Below, one piece after another: positions 38,812-52,037 of a stretch of 64,000 bases of DNA (position 1 is its first letter; each line of letters opens with the position of its first letter). Under the pieces are notes generated by a model, which worked only from the letters and a program-made list of their open reading frames with translations, ran no database searches and was not told the DNA's origin. This DNA is from Tubulanus polymorphus. Its lineage: Eukaryota; Animalia; Nemertea. The position numbers and the translations under genes were made by a program. The stretch lies in the NCBI RefSeq assembly GCF_964204645.1, contig NC_134029.1, forward strand, positions 3,596,001 to 3,660,000, written 5' to 3'.

Positions 38812-40821
38812 CCGTAGATCCTTTACTCATCAAAATTGGTCGTTTAATTTAAGTCGAGATATCGCATTTTAAATGTAGCACAAAAGAACGCGACAGAACG
38901 ACGTCTGGTTGGTAAAAGTCACACACAAAATATTCGAATAAACTGCCTCGGCGGCGGTTGTTGGATACGCTGGGATTGTAGAGCGATGTAGATCAATGTT
39001 GATACATCCAGGACTAGGTGAATTGTACACAAATAAATCGATACAAACACGGAATGGCCCGAAAAAACTATTTATACGAAGAGAATATCTGACTAAGTGG
39101 TTAGCAAATATCAATATTCAGGACATATCTCTTAAACACAAAGGATTCTTCAAAGGAGATTTTTATCTATTTCAACCCTAGAGCAACAAGACTGCTTTCA
39201 TGAACACATGAAGCCTGCAATGCGATTCATAAAATGAAACCGGTTCTATTTGCACAATAGAATATCGTTAAATTTATTCAAATTTGAGGTTGATGTTTCA
39301 TATATGCGTTAAGCATTGCGCGAAGCGGCTCTTTATTTTGTAAATATTCAAGACTATTTTTCCTATGAATTATAAATGAATGCCTGTATGCATACACGAA
39401 GCAAAAATCATTTCAGGTAACAAGTTCTAAAATGAATTATTTATATCTCATTAACAATAAACCGAGTAATTTGCCAGCATCTTCCCGGTCATAAAACAGA
39501 AGGACAAATAAAAGCAGACTTCAATATCATAAAACTGGGACATTATATCGCGTGTACTGTAGTTGATACAAAGAAAGGTCACCCAGAAAGGTCATCTCAT
39601 TGCCAGGCGCGCGGGTTTTAAAATACCCGATTCGATACAGTGAAACAATCGTGAATTAATTATGAGATTTTGTATTCAATTTGCCACCTCCTCCACCCTG
39701 TATACACTGAAGAATGAATTGGTTTTGCATGAATTTTATACATTGTTACCATGGCATCAGGATCAAATGGCGCTCGGAACAATTGTGCACTAATACATAA
39801 ATAATCGTATCGCCACGACTGAAATACTTCCAATTTTCATTTCCAATTGGAAAGAAGACATGTTTGAAAAAAATTACCTATGTCCAGCAAAATGTCCTGC
39901 ATTCATTTGGTCACATGCATTCATTCATAAATGCACCATCAGTTATATTAGACTACCAGAGACAAACGTATGTGGTGTATGTCGCAGCTCTTGGGAAAAA
40001 TGGTCGTTGGCTTCCCGAACCGCACACTAACGTAACTATGGTAACTGTATTCGAGTGTTTGAGACAGACACGAGCTACTATAACACAAATATATCGGCCA
40101 CAGTATAAGTAGTTTAATTACTAGGCCTGCACTCTCACGGGTATCAACAACAAAAACCTTCTGTCTGATTAAGGTAGCTTACATGTCATCAGTGTTGAAA
40201 AAAGAAGTTGATGAAAAAGACTGTATCTAAAAAATTTAATTGTGAGAGTAACAGTATTAATAGAAATATCAGCGACATCATTCAAGTAGGCCTAGTTAGA
40301 CCTGTACTCTCACGAGAAGACACGAGCATTTAGAAAAAAAACCCTTCTGAATGATAAAAAAGGTCTCTGGTGTTACTGCTAAGTCACATTTCAACAGAGT
40401 TGTGAAAGGTGATGAGAAGTTAAAAAAATATCGGATATTCGAAAAGTACGCACGGCGATACTGATATCGGTTTCGAGTCACGCTTATAATTAATGTCGAA
40501 AATCAATAAAATAGCCTAACTGTTGACAATATTATGCGTGTAATATGTACAGAGTTCAAAAATACACGCCACGCATCATAATTCCAACAATTAAATCCAA
40601 AACGTTTATCTACAGCTTTCATCGGCAGGAATTCAAACCCTATCTTGATTTTAGGCTTTCACTTATGGCTGTGGTTATTTAGCCGGATCCGGTCACTGAC
40701 TTCGAAGGATATTTTGCCGGATATCGTCTCTACTGATTTATTCCGCGCATGCCCAGAGAGGTGCCCGACTTAGAAAATTCGAAGAAAGTGTGGAGGAGTC
40801 TTGAGTCTGAGAAAATAGAGC

Positions 40822-40892
40822 GGATAGAGCGAGACTCGAACCCGGGCCAGCAAATTACTAGCGCAGCGTCTCCCCACTAGACCACCGAGCTC
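40822..40892 (-). mobile_element. tRNA-derived SINE head / tRNA-Thr(AGT)-like pseudogene
   Basis: Minus strand A box TGGTCTAGTGG, CTAGTAA anticodon-like loop, B box GGTTCGAGTC; anticodon and acceptor stems pair poorly. Confidence 0.55.
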
Positions 40893-41170
40893 GCTGAAAA
40901 CCACCCGAATGTTTTAACTAAATATAGCCTCACCTTACCCTAACCCTAGTTGTGAAACGGAACCCTCTGGACCCTCTTCTCACCCTCTTGACACTATAAA
41001 CCCTAACCCTAAAAACCCAATAAAATAAGCATAGAATCTTTTAAAATTATCAAATGAAACTATTTCTTAAAATTTTGACTGAGGACTTAGTGGAACTCTT
41101 TAAAATGTTTAGGGTGAACACTCCTGTCTCCTGCAATGACCGGAGTACAGTTCAATCAGCAGTCAAGGAC

Positions 41171-41742
41171 CACAGGGGTTTGGCGATGGGCTTGGATTTT
41201 ATTTCCGGGTTGTTGATAATCTCGCGAGAATGGCGCTAAATATGAACTGCGAATAAATTCAAAATATCAAGGAAATACCTTGTGTTTATATTGTTTATTT
41301 ATCCGATATAAAGTTTTGATAAACAATTGGTCGTTAAGAATCATTATCAGACGGTCGCCACGCTACTATATAAAATAACAAGGGATGAAACGCAGTTCAA
41401 GTCTGTGAATATGTTAACTTTTCATGTTGAAGTTTTAAATGCGATGACGTCATCAGAATGTCACGTGACTGTCCCAACTTTCTGGCCGAAAATTTAAGTA
41501 CAGCGGAGGCCTGGCATTTCATCCCTTGTTATTTTATATAGTAAAGCGTGACGACCGTCTGATAATGATTCTTAACGACCAATTGTTTATCGAAATTTTA
41601 TAGATAGCGGATAAATAAACAATATAAACACAAGGTATTTCCGTGATATTTTGAATTTATTCGCAGTTCATATTTAGCGCCATTCTCGCGAGATTATCAA
41701 CAAACCAGAAATAAAATCCAAGCCCATCGCCAAATCCCTGTG
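41171..41742. mobile_element. Fold-back non-autonomous DNA transposon (P/hAT-type) with about 220-bp TIRs
   Basis: CACAGGG.. / ..CCCTGTG ends, long near-identical inverted arms, perfect 8-bp TSD TCAAGGAC at 41163-41170 and 41743-41750. Confidence 0.9.
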
Positions 41743-42895
41743 TCAAGGACTCAATGAGTTTCTAGTTTAGCCGCGCGAACGCACGACACATGACGTCAAG
41801 ACTATAGACTAAGCGAAGGCTAAAAACGAAAATAAACGGACCCTTTCATCTTCTCGATTAACTCGCCAGGAGGGGTTCAAATTGATTGACAGCAAAAATA
41901 CTACGACGAAAAGGACTTAGGAAGGTAATACATACAATTCATTTATCAGTTTACATGTTATTTAGTGACAATTTTATGCGCATTACTTACCTAAAAAATA
42001 AGAGCGGCACCAGGGCGTTTGACCTAAATCTCACTACAATCGATTAACATTTACTCATTCGCAATCCGCATAAGTAGTGACGTCATGAAGTCATTCATCG
42101 ACAACACCCAATGTTTGTAGGTTGTAATGTGAATGGAATCCGGCGATCGGACCGGAGAGACGCTTTCGCGATCGTGGTACTTGTAAGGGCCAGCAGCAAT
42201 TGTGACAATTTATCACTAATATTTGCATGTAAGACAACCCCTAGGAACAAAGTATGTCGTGTGCATTGGGTTTTTTAGACTTCCCAACATCCCGGGCCCG
42301 GGGGCGGGGCAGTTCGAGTCGGCCGGGCGTCAGCGGTCCTCCCTCGGCTCTCCAGTGACGAGCGCCGATGATGAAACCGGTTTATGACTTAACAATGCAA
42401 TCGGATTGCTCTAACAAATGCGCCTTACCAGGTTTTCTAGAAATCAGATATTCCCGCTCGCACACTACTTGCCTGTGGGTTGTCGACCAGATCGAGGTAA
42501 GATTCACTGTTCACATGGTCGTAAGGCGGTGGACGTCAACTGTGAGTGTTTTGACTTAAGCAGAGCCTGCGCTGATTTGGAAACAATGCGCTGTCAGGTC
42601 AGATGTATTCTATAGGTCAGGGCACGCCGCATCGTGCAGAAATTAATCAATGAACGGCATATTAAGCCATGAAATGACCTACATATTATCAGATTATATC
42701 ATATACGTCCTGTACACGACCATTTCCAGCCTTGGAATATTTCTATAAACTCTGAGCTCCTGAATAGGAAAACAAAGTCTGAAGTCCAACTTAATGAGAC
42801 TTCGGATAACTAACATTTTATCGTATATATCATGTTTTAGGTGTTAAAAAATAGTATTGTCCAAATTTTGTTCTGGAAGCACTACCTCAATCAAA

Positions 42896-44155
42896 ATGAC
42901 TGCAAAGCCGGCACCAGTGGAAAGTTATCTAAAACTAGTCGCTAAGACACCTTCTAACGAAGAAGTGATAGACACTTATAATAATTGGACGGGTACTTAT
43001 GACACGGTAAGAGACGTCTGTATTTTGAAGAAAACACATCGAATGAAAGTGAATATTTCATTGGCGTGTCTTTTGCATTCGTAATTAGATAATATAAATG
43101 TATAATAGATGTTAATATGAATTAAAAACACAGTGGCAGTTATTGTCTTCATTTTCAATGAAATTTGATGATCCACAAGCAATGGTAGTGAATAATGTTT
43201 CGTGTATCTTAAATTTAAATTTGTTCATTTTGCAGGAGCTGACCCCGGATAAATATCGTGGACCACCAACTCTAGCAAAAACGGTAGTAAAATACGTATC
43301 GGATAAAAACACACGTATTCTGGACGTGGCCGCTGGCTCTGGGTTATTGGTCGTAGAGGTATTGACAAAAAAATGAAGATTTCATCTATTTGAATAATAT
43401 TTGCTAAATGGAAATTATTTTCTTACTTGTCTTGGTCGACATCATTTAGCTAGGTGACATGTGTTAGAATATTGTATTTCGATTTTCTATAATTTAGCTG
43501 CGGAAATTGGGTTTTGTCGGGCTCTTTGATGGGTTAGACCCCGCTGTAGAGTTGGCTAAAAAAGCAATTGAGAAGAAACTGTATGAAAAGTATTACCACT
43601 TTTTCATAAAACCCGATGAACCGTGCAGTCTAGCTGATGGTAGGCGAATGCGTCTTATTAAAAGACACCCCTGACTTTCGTTTTTTTTGAAATCACGAAA
43701 TGTTCTATTTTCAGGGTCGTACGACCACATAACGTGTTGCGGTGCAATAATTCCTGGCCATATTCACTATACAGGAATTAATGAATTTTTGCGCTTATGT
43801 AAAAAAGGTGAGGGAAAATTCGTTGTACATGTACCAACTATGGACTAAAAAATGTATTCTGTCGTCCATAGTTGTACAAATGATTTTTTATTTGATCGAC
43901 CTTTCTTTACAGAAAAAGAAGAGAGCGATAGGTGTTAGTAATTACATGTATGTATGTACTTAAATATTTTCAGGTGGTTATGTGTTTATAGCTATGAAAG
44001 GTGGTTACATCCAGCCGGACGGACAGTTCCCCGGATTTGATGATCACTTGAAAAGTCTCGTTGATTCCGGCGTCTGTGACGTCGTAGAACGATTTAATTT
44101 CGAAAACTATTTTTTCACTGATGCAGGAGTCTTGCTTGTCTTGCAAAAGAAGTAA
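42896..44155 (+). CDS. METTL27/WBSCR27-like SAM-dependent methyltransferase, copy 1
   Basis: Five exons (42896-43006, 43236-43358, 43498-43639, 43715-43807, 43974-44155): YNNW..TYD, YRGP, ILDVAAGSG (motif I), FDGLDP, YDHITCCGAIIPGHI, LRLCKKGG. Confidence 0.88.
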
Positions 44156-44339
44156 ATGACTGATAGTCCGAATTTATTCACCAATTTTTGATGTTTTACA
44201 GTTGGTCTTTAAAGTAAACCCAAAATAAAGATGATTTACATATATTTACATATTTCTTGAAGTGTAATACTTATCATGAAACTGAATCCACTTCTATTGC
44301 ATCCGGAATCAATGAACGCTTTAATGCCAGTTTACAATC

Positions 44340-44830
44340 GGGAAATAGCAGTTTGCGTTAAAGGCACTTATTCTAAAAGGTCGACGGATAGTTTTATCAA
44401 TTGCGGTGTCCCTCAAGGTTCCATCCTGAGCCGCCTGATTTGTTGGAATGTACGACCTTCCTTCATGCTGACAACGCCTCCATACAGATCCAAGTAGAAA
44501 ACGACAACAGCGTGGTCAGAGTGGTTAGCTTAATATAATGGGGTATATTTTCTAAACCTAGAATTTCAAAGTTATCTTTACAAAGCGTGGTTCTCATGAT
44601 TATCCGACATTTATCCAAGATAATCCCTCAAACCCCATCCCGATGGCTTTGTGTTGGACGAAAACTTGTCATTTAGTTGCCACGAAGAGCACCTTAAGAT
44701 TGAAATAAAAAACGGCTCCTCTCGACTCTCGAACTCCAAAGCTTAATCAAACCGCACTTTGACCCTGCAATATTCTAAATCATAGTGCTAAAAAGCTTAA
44801 ATTACAGCGGCCAGACAAGTGTATCAGAAA
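44340..44830 (+). mobile_element. Decayed non-LTR (CR1/L2-like) reverse transcriptase fragment
   Basis: INCGVPQGSIL motif in ORF 44276-44497; further degenerate LDENLSF..H and SLIKPHFD patches, with frameshifts. Confidence 0.65.
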
Positions 44831-45068
44831 GATAAGTGTATATGTTTTGCAAAATACAATGCACATGGTGACACAGTAAGCGATATGAACATTTAATGAG
44901 ATATTCAGTCGAACACGTGGATGTGAACATAACATATATATGATAAATGATTTAGTTTCTAAATTCGAAGTATTATCTGAAAGATATGTTTATCGTTCTG
45001 GCCCACTTGACCTATGCAGTTTTGTACAATCGCCGAAAACCCCATTTTTTGTGTAAAGGTGCATCAGA

Positions 45069-47077
45069 ATGGACGGGAAGTTGGGGCAGATCATGAAAAT
45101 GGTGTACGACGTTGAATCACCGACTAATGCTGATATCATAAACCACTATAACAACTGGACTGATACATATGAAGAGGTAACATTCTTTTCACATTCACGA
45201 TCGCCCGTGATTAACGCCTTCAATAATCTAGGATCAAGTTACACAGAACTGAAATCTGGACTGTGATACAAAACAACAAACAAAATGCATAATTTCATAA
45301 GTTTGCTAAAATCGTTTGAACGTTCAAATACCATACAAAAAATAAGTTATGCAGAAATGTTTTTCGAATCATCAATTTGCGAATTTTTTTTCGAGGCGCT
45401 TACTGGTCGTCAATCGTCGGAGCTTTAGAAAGACTCAAATTGTTACTATATAATACAGAATGTACACCATGTAATAAGAACAAGCCCACTTGGGACTTAA
45501 GTTGCATCCTTCCGTCCGTCCATCCGTCCGCCCGTCGTCCGTCCGTAGACAGAATCCAGTAATTGTGAGAAGTTTTGAAGACGCCTCAATGGATTGTCCT
45601 CATGAAACAGTATTTGGTTTATACATGTATCAAAAACTGGCCCGCAGAATCAAGATGCCTTGTCCACTGAAATCAGTACATTTTTCACATTGTTGAAGTT
45701 TTCATAAAAATTTTGAAGACGCTTCGATCAACTACTTGATCTTAATGTATATTTATATCCCCCAAGGGCCCTCAGCATAAGAAAATTTGGGTCGATCGGA
45801 CACAAGATGGCTGTCCAGTGACCTTTCTGTGCCCAAAAAGGAAATTTTTTTGGCCTGAATTCCGAGACCTATAGCCTCATAATGATTGCCATTTACCATT
45901 GAAAACTGTGATGGATATTCTTTGGGAAGGTATCGGGTTTTGCGATCAGTCGATTATCTTGATGTTTGATTATCATTAGCGCTGTTAAGGATACATCTCC
46001 TCACATGGAATTGGGGTCACCCAATTTTTATTGTCCTTGCCACGAGGAAGAGTTAAATATTGGCCTACAATATTTCCAACATTGTCTAATATAACACTTG
46101 AACTACAACCTTAAATCTAATAAAAAGAACCCAATAGTTTATCAAACCTGATAAAGGGCGGATTCATTATCAATCTTACCTAAGCCGTTAGTGAATATAC
46201 ATACATATTAAATACTTTGTATTTAGTCGAATGTGGGAATTATTTTTTTTTGTGAATTGTAGGAGATGGGACCGAAGAATTATCGTGGGCCATCAACTCT
46301 AGCAAAAACGATAGTAGAATACGTATCGGATAAAGACACGCGTATTCTGGACGTGGCTGCTGGCTCCGGGTTATTGGTCGTCGAAGTAAAACTGCATTCT
46401 CTCTCCATTGCGATTACGTCTATCTAACTTGAAAAAATATGATAGGTCTCTCTGCAGTTTATTTTCTGTATTTATGTTTCAATGATTTAGCTCAGGAAAT
46501 TGGGTTTTGCCGGATTGTTTGATGGGTTAGACCCCGCTGTAGAGTGGGGGAAAACTGTTATTGAGAAGAAACTGTATGAAAACTATTACCACTACTTCAT
46601 AAACCCCGATGAACCTTGCAGTCTAGCTGATGGTAGGTGAATGAGTCTCATTGAAATGAGTGGATTTTCTTGCTTTCGAACTAGGAACACGCGAGAATGT
46701 ATATTTCCTATTTCTAGAATTGTACGACCACGTAACGTGCTGTGGTGGAATAATCCCGGGCCATATTCCCTTTAAAGGAATTCGTGAAATGTTGCGGCTA
46801 TGTAAAAGAGGTAAACAAAAAGTGGGTGCTAAGACGAGAAAGATCATAATGCGTGAGGGCGTATTTAAAGTTTACTACATTTTTCTACTTTTCAGGTGGT
46901 TATGTGTTTATAGTTATGAAACATAGTTACATCCAGCCGGACGGCCAGTTCCCCGGATTTGATGTCTATTTGAAAAGTCTCGTTGATTCTGGTGTCTGTG
47001 ATCTCGTAGAAAGATCCGTATTCGATCGATATCTTTTTGAAGATCTCGGAATTGTGTTTGTCCTGAAAAAGAAGTAA
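45069..47077 (+). CDS. METTL27-like methyltransferase, copy 2
   Basis: Exons about 45069-45176, 46263-46385, 46491-46632, 46718-46810, 46896-47077; same structure and motifs as copy 1. Confidence 0.88.
45480..46040. mobile_element. Probable Helentron-associated (DINE-1/HINE-like) insertion in intron 1 of copy 2
   Basis: (CCGT)n-type microsatellite at about 45510-45546 inside an intron much longer than its paralogue in copy 1; boundaries approximate. Confidence 0.35.
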
Positions 47078-47859
47078 ACATGTTATCCAATACATGTCAA
47101 TTTCTATATTTAGGTGGAAATAATAACCCTCAGATTCGGTAGAACCTCTTGAATCAGAATAAAAGTGTACATGTGCATATATATGTATATGTGAAAATTT
47201 CGTATCTTGCATTTTCATCCTTCTGATCCTAATGATTTTCTTCGGCCTATGTGACCTAAATATTCTATTCTTTATGTCTTGCTTTACGTGGCAAAAAGCA
47301 AACGAAAACACGAACGCGTGTACTCTTAAACCGTACGAAGCACGATGAATGAAAACCCGTTCTATATACCAAAGCCGTTTAGACCTTTTCTTCGCTAGGA
47401 ACATTTTTCATAAATCGATTATATGAGAATTGTATTTATGTCAATACAGCAAGTTCTGTATAAGCATGTATTCCGATTCCGATTCCGGACCGGGTTAAGT
47501 CAAGCGTTGTTCGGTTGCAGTATTTCGAAGTATAACGGTAGACAGTTGGGTATTCTTCATTACCCCTCGGCTCTGTCCTTACAATACTTATCAATATCAA
47601 CTAAAACCTAAGCTTACGTGAGAATCTTGCTTAACATATATTTATCCCGGGCAACCAGCTGGTGCAAAAAACCTGTGTCGAGGGTATACAATGAAATAAA
47701 TGCGACCCGGTTCACTTAATTGCTGCCTGTTCCTGCAGTAGTAAGAACCCCAGTTTTAGCGCTCTCTGGCTCGGTATAATCTCCACTCTGTTCGTCAAAA
47801 TTGACCATTCGAAGGGGAGGTGAAAAACCGCTTTGTCCGTATCATACTCGATATTCGAA

Positions 47860-50301
47860 ATGAGCTTACAGTCGGAAACGGTGGATAATTATGAGGTGTT
47901 GTTGAAATCGCCATCGCCTCTGGATGTGGTCGACTTTTACAACAAATGGACCGGTTATGACGAGGTACGTACTACAATTTATTCTGAGGAATTATTGATT
48001 GACCAGAGCATCGTTATCGAAAATAGATGTCTTTTACCTATGCTACCACACCTAAGACCAAATTCAAATTAAGTAATGCCTACCACCATTAAGTGTTTCA
48101 GGGGCGTGGCCAGCCAGTCTTTCTGTATTTTCACGAGCCCAGCCGCGGCAGATAAAGCTAGCTGATAACCGCCCTTAATGTTAAATAACAATCAATGGTC
48201 CTGACGTAGCCCCCTAGTGATATTATTACTATAATCATTATTGTTAAATATGTATAGTATCAATAACTCATTCAGAGTATCTCCCCTTATGGTACAGGCG
48301 CGGCTTAAAGATGTCCTTCTCTACATATGTATGCATTATGTTCGTGTGTTAGTTAGAACTAAAAGTATCATAGTTATGATTATCAATGACGTCGGGAACA
48401 AGACTTCCAGTTCATAGACGGTCAAACGTGTAAAAAGTTACCATTTTCAATGCATTATTCATGATGTTTTAAGAAACTACTATTCAAGTATTCGAAACAA
48501 ATATACTACTTACAAATATACTTTTTATCTTGCAAGATATATATCATTCGTTCGTTCGTTCGTTCGTTCGTTCGTTCGTTCGTTCGTTCGTTCGTTCGTT
48601 CGTTCGTTCGTTCGTTCGTTCGTTCGTTCGTTCGTTCGTTCGTTCGTTCGTTCGTTCGTTCGTTCGTTCGTTCGTTCGTTCGTTCGTTCGTTCGTTCGTT
48701 CGTTCGTTCGTTCGTTCGTTCGTTCGTTCGTTCGTTCGTTCGTTCATTCGTGCGGCGTTAAATGGTCTGGGCATGGCGAAACCCGTATGTTACGCATAAG
48801 CATTGTGTGAACGAGAAATGAATTTTTAACACGAAGGGAGAATTTCTCTCTGTAAATCATACCCGGTATTAAAATTTTGCGTGGAGTACTGCAGTTTTTT
48901 TTTTCAAACACACCGTTCCGATATGGAACTATTCTATTCAGTCGTGAGTATTGAGAAAGCAAAACATGTACCCTATCTATTGTATACTTGTCACACAGCT
49001 TAGCAGTGAAATGAAAAAAATACACAAATGGTGTCCATCCTACCTATTCGATAAACTATGATGGTTCACTTTTTTCGAATATCTTTTGTGATCGAATGAA
49101 ATAAAGTATTTTTGAATTTGAAAAGGCTACCCTAAGCGTCACGCGTGACTACGACTGTATCAACGATGCACCAACTGAATCGAAAAGTGAAAATTTGCTG
49201 TAATGATCAACATCTTATTGCAAATTAGCGTAATGAGCTATACGACTAACGAGTGAGGGAAACACCCCTCCAAAGTCATGGAATAGTGTGGGCTATTTGA
49301 TAAATTACACCCTACTCGACATTGAAATGCAATAACATATGATTCTGTATTGTAGGATGTAAGTACTGTGCACTATCGTGGACCGCCCGTACTGGCAACA
49401 ACGATTCTAAAATATGTATCTGATAAAATCGTGCATATTCTCGACGTGGCTGCTGGATCCGGCTTCTTAGCTTTAGAGGTATAAATGATAGTTCGTGTTC
49501 TCCAGAATAACACGTTATCAGTAAAAATTAAAATGTATATATACGTAATATTCGACAGTTAGAAAAGCTTGGTTATAAGGGATCGATGGATGGATTGGAT
49601 CCCGCGACAGAGTTTGCAAAACAAGCCATTGAAACTGGGCGGTATAAAGACTTCTACTACGATTTCATCACTGAGGAACCATGTAGTATAGCCGAAGGTG
49701 AATATCGTCAATGGGTTGGGTAACTCCTGGATGATCTTACGCATAGATTATTAAATGTTATTCGTATACATTTTCTAGGTTCTTTTGATCACGTGGCCTG
49801 TTGTGGTGGACTGATCCCCGGTCATATCCACTTTACCGGAATCCGTGAACTGTTGCGGTTATGTAAAAAAGGTTTGAACTATTTTTAGTTGCAAATCGTT
49901 GGAATTCGATCCTCAAACTGATTTTGAATTCAAATCTATCTCATTTATCGTCATTAGTGACCTGTTTATAATAACATAAAACCGATGAATATTTATTTTT
50001 ACATATTTTTACATATTTTTACATATGAGTATAATAATTAGATAAGTTGGCCTACATCAATATTTCATAGATTTTTCTCAGTGGAAGATTTGTAAATTAG
50101 GATTTTTTACTTCTTGCAGGCGGTTATGTATTCATTGCCATGCGACACGATTTCATAAACGAGGGAGAACAGCTGTCTGGACTTGACGATTATGTGAAAG
50201 AACTAATCAGCTCCGGGATCTGTAACATTGTTGAACGGTTTGCGTTCGAACGATATTTTTATGAAAATGAAGGACTCGTTATAGTTTTGAAAAAAAACTA
50301 G
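47860..50301 (+). CDS. METTL27-like methyltransferase, copy 3
   Basis: Exons about 47860-47964, 49356-49478, 49559-49697, 49779-49871, 50120-50301; ILDVAAGSG, MDGLDP, FDHVACCGGLIPGHI. Confidence 0.88.
48547..48745. repeat. (TTCG)n microsatellite, about 50 units
   Basis: Uninterrupted tetranucleotide run in intron 1 of copy 3. Confidence 0.98.
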
Positions 50302-51136
50302 ATGTGAGAAATATTTCAATGAATTATGGCAATTTCGTATTTATATTTTCTTTGATCTACACTCGTTGTTAGTCGGTCAAATCGGTGAATTCTATCAAAA
50401 TCTAAATGGCTAAACTTTCAGTTTCCCAAATTCTCAGCTCGGTATCCGGCCAACTCGTTGGGATATTTACATTCCCAACGCTATACCGAGTATGGCGGAG
50501 TCTACTGGATCTTGCTGCTTATATTCTGAAAACAATTTGTTAAGAAGTAATTATATTTTTATTCATGTATTAAGTTTTAGCTCGATACCTATTCATCTGT
50601 TATTTATTGATACAAATATTTTATCTCTTTAAAACTCTCGATCGTTCGTTTTTGAATACACGTATATCATATAATTATCATGTTTATTGTCGGAAGAACC
50701 AGTATCCTTTATTCCTTATCTCTGACTTCGCTTCGTTTTGAATGGACTCTGTTGGTTCCATTTTGTTCGTCTCAGGTGACTGTGCTGTAATCTAGTTCAC
50801 CGTATTTCAATTTATCAATAAAATAGCGTTATCTTTACAAATTCTCTATTTAGCGAGTTGTAGGTATTTCATTTGCTTTCATTCTGTTGGATCCAAGTTA
50901 AGGAATATGATATTTATACCAAGTGACCCATGAAATTTTCGATTATAAAAGATTCAACTTTTGATAAATGTTTCTGCATGAGAAACAATTGAACTTATGG
51001 CCGCCATATCGAGATATATCATCTGACACTATTATTCATTGATTTATCCGGCCTCGAAGACACGACATCAGTTTGAAATATCTTTTGTGAAGTAAGAATT
51101 TCGTAATCACTGAAAAAGGTTTATATGTGCATAATG

Positions 51137-51475
51137 CAACCTCCCCCGGCAGGGATTCGAACCTGATGGCATCGAGATTGCCACGGTACGAAACCCTGCC
51201 ATAATCGACCGTGTGCGCAGATACATGCGCAGTTCAGATGATGTGATTTTTAGCCAATCAGAAATCCCGTTTTATTTTAGCCCGGGTTTTCCCATTTATA
51301 GTTCTTCCTTGAAATTTGCCTCAACGATTATACAACGAGCAATCTGATTGGTGCCGCCAGTTTTCGTTCGGAAAGCTGCGCATGTACCTGCGCACCCGGT
51401 CTACTGTGGCAGGGGTTCGTGCCGTGGCTGAGTGTAGCGATGCCATCAGGTTCGAGTCCCTGCAGAGGGAGGATG
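51137..51475. mobile_element. Fold-back MITE with 8-bp TSD and tRNA-like boxes in its arms
   Basis: Ends CAACCTCCCCCGGCAGGG / CCCTGCAGAGGGAGGATG; TSD GCATAATG at 51129-51136 and 51476-51483; GGTTCGARTCCC in both arms. Confidence 0.8.
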
Positions 51476-51832
51476 GCATAATGGGGCTAGTTTTCATACT
51501 TCAAGAGGAAATAGATTTAGATTTAGTTTTCAATGTAATTTTTATTAGGTTGAGGAGATTCCATCGACAAAGCTAAAAGTATCCCTGAATGATTGTTGTT
51601 ACGGCAGTTAAATGAGTATCAAACAACCCCGAAAATTGCCGTAAACGATGTAATACGCTTGGTTTCTACAGAGACTTTTAGATTCCCATCTATAATGCAA
51701 ATGGACAGAATAGTGACGTAATACACTCAAACGTCCCGCGTTATTGGGAAAACGTGTGACAAGAACTCTCAACTCATCCAAGTCAAATATGTTATTGAAT
51801 TCTTAACTCAAACGATTTATTTCCGCGAAAAA

Positions 51833-52037
51833 AATGGGATTCAAATTGACGACTATCGAAAAAACATAGAATTCAATAAAAAACCGAGTTTTCATCTAAT
51901 TTTATGATTTTTCACTCATCCAAACAATACTTATCTTTGGAATGGGATTCAAATTGACGACTATCGAAAAAAACATAGAATTCAATAAAAAACCGAGTTT
52001 TCATCTAATTTTATGATTTTTCACTCATCCAAACAAT
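51833..52037. repeat. Direct duplication of about 96 bp
   Basis: AATGGGATTCAAATTGACGACTATCG...CCAAACAAT occurs at about 51833 and 51941. Confidence 0.85.

Noticed and set aside
40822-40892. Functional tRNA gene
   Set aside because: Anticodon and acceptor stems do not pair; treated as a SINE head or pseudogene.
46892-47404. 170-aa minus-strand ORF
   Set aside because: Antisense shadow of methyltransferase copy 2 last exon and flank.
48530-48799. RSFV/NERT repeat ORFs or a CRISPR-like array
   Set aside because: Translations of a (TTCG)n microsatellite; no spacers; eukaryotic DNA.
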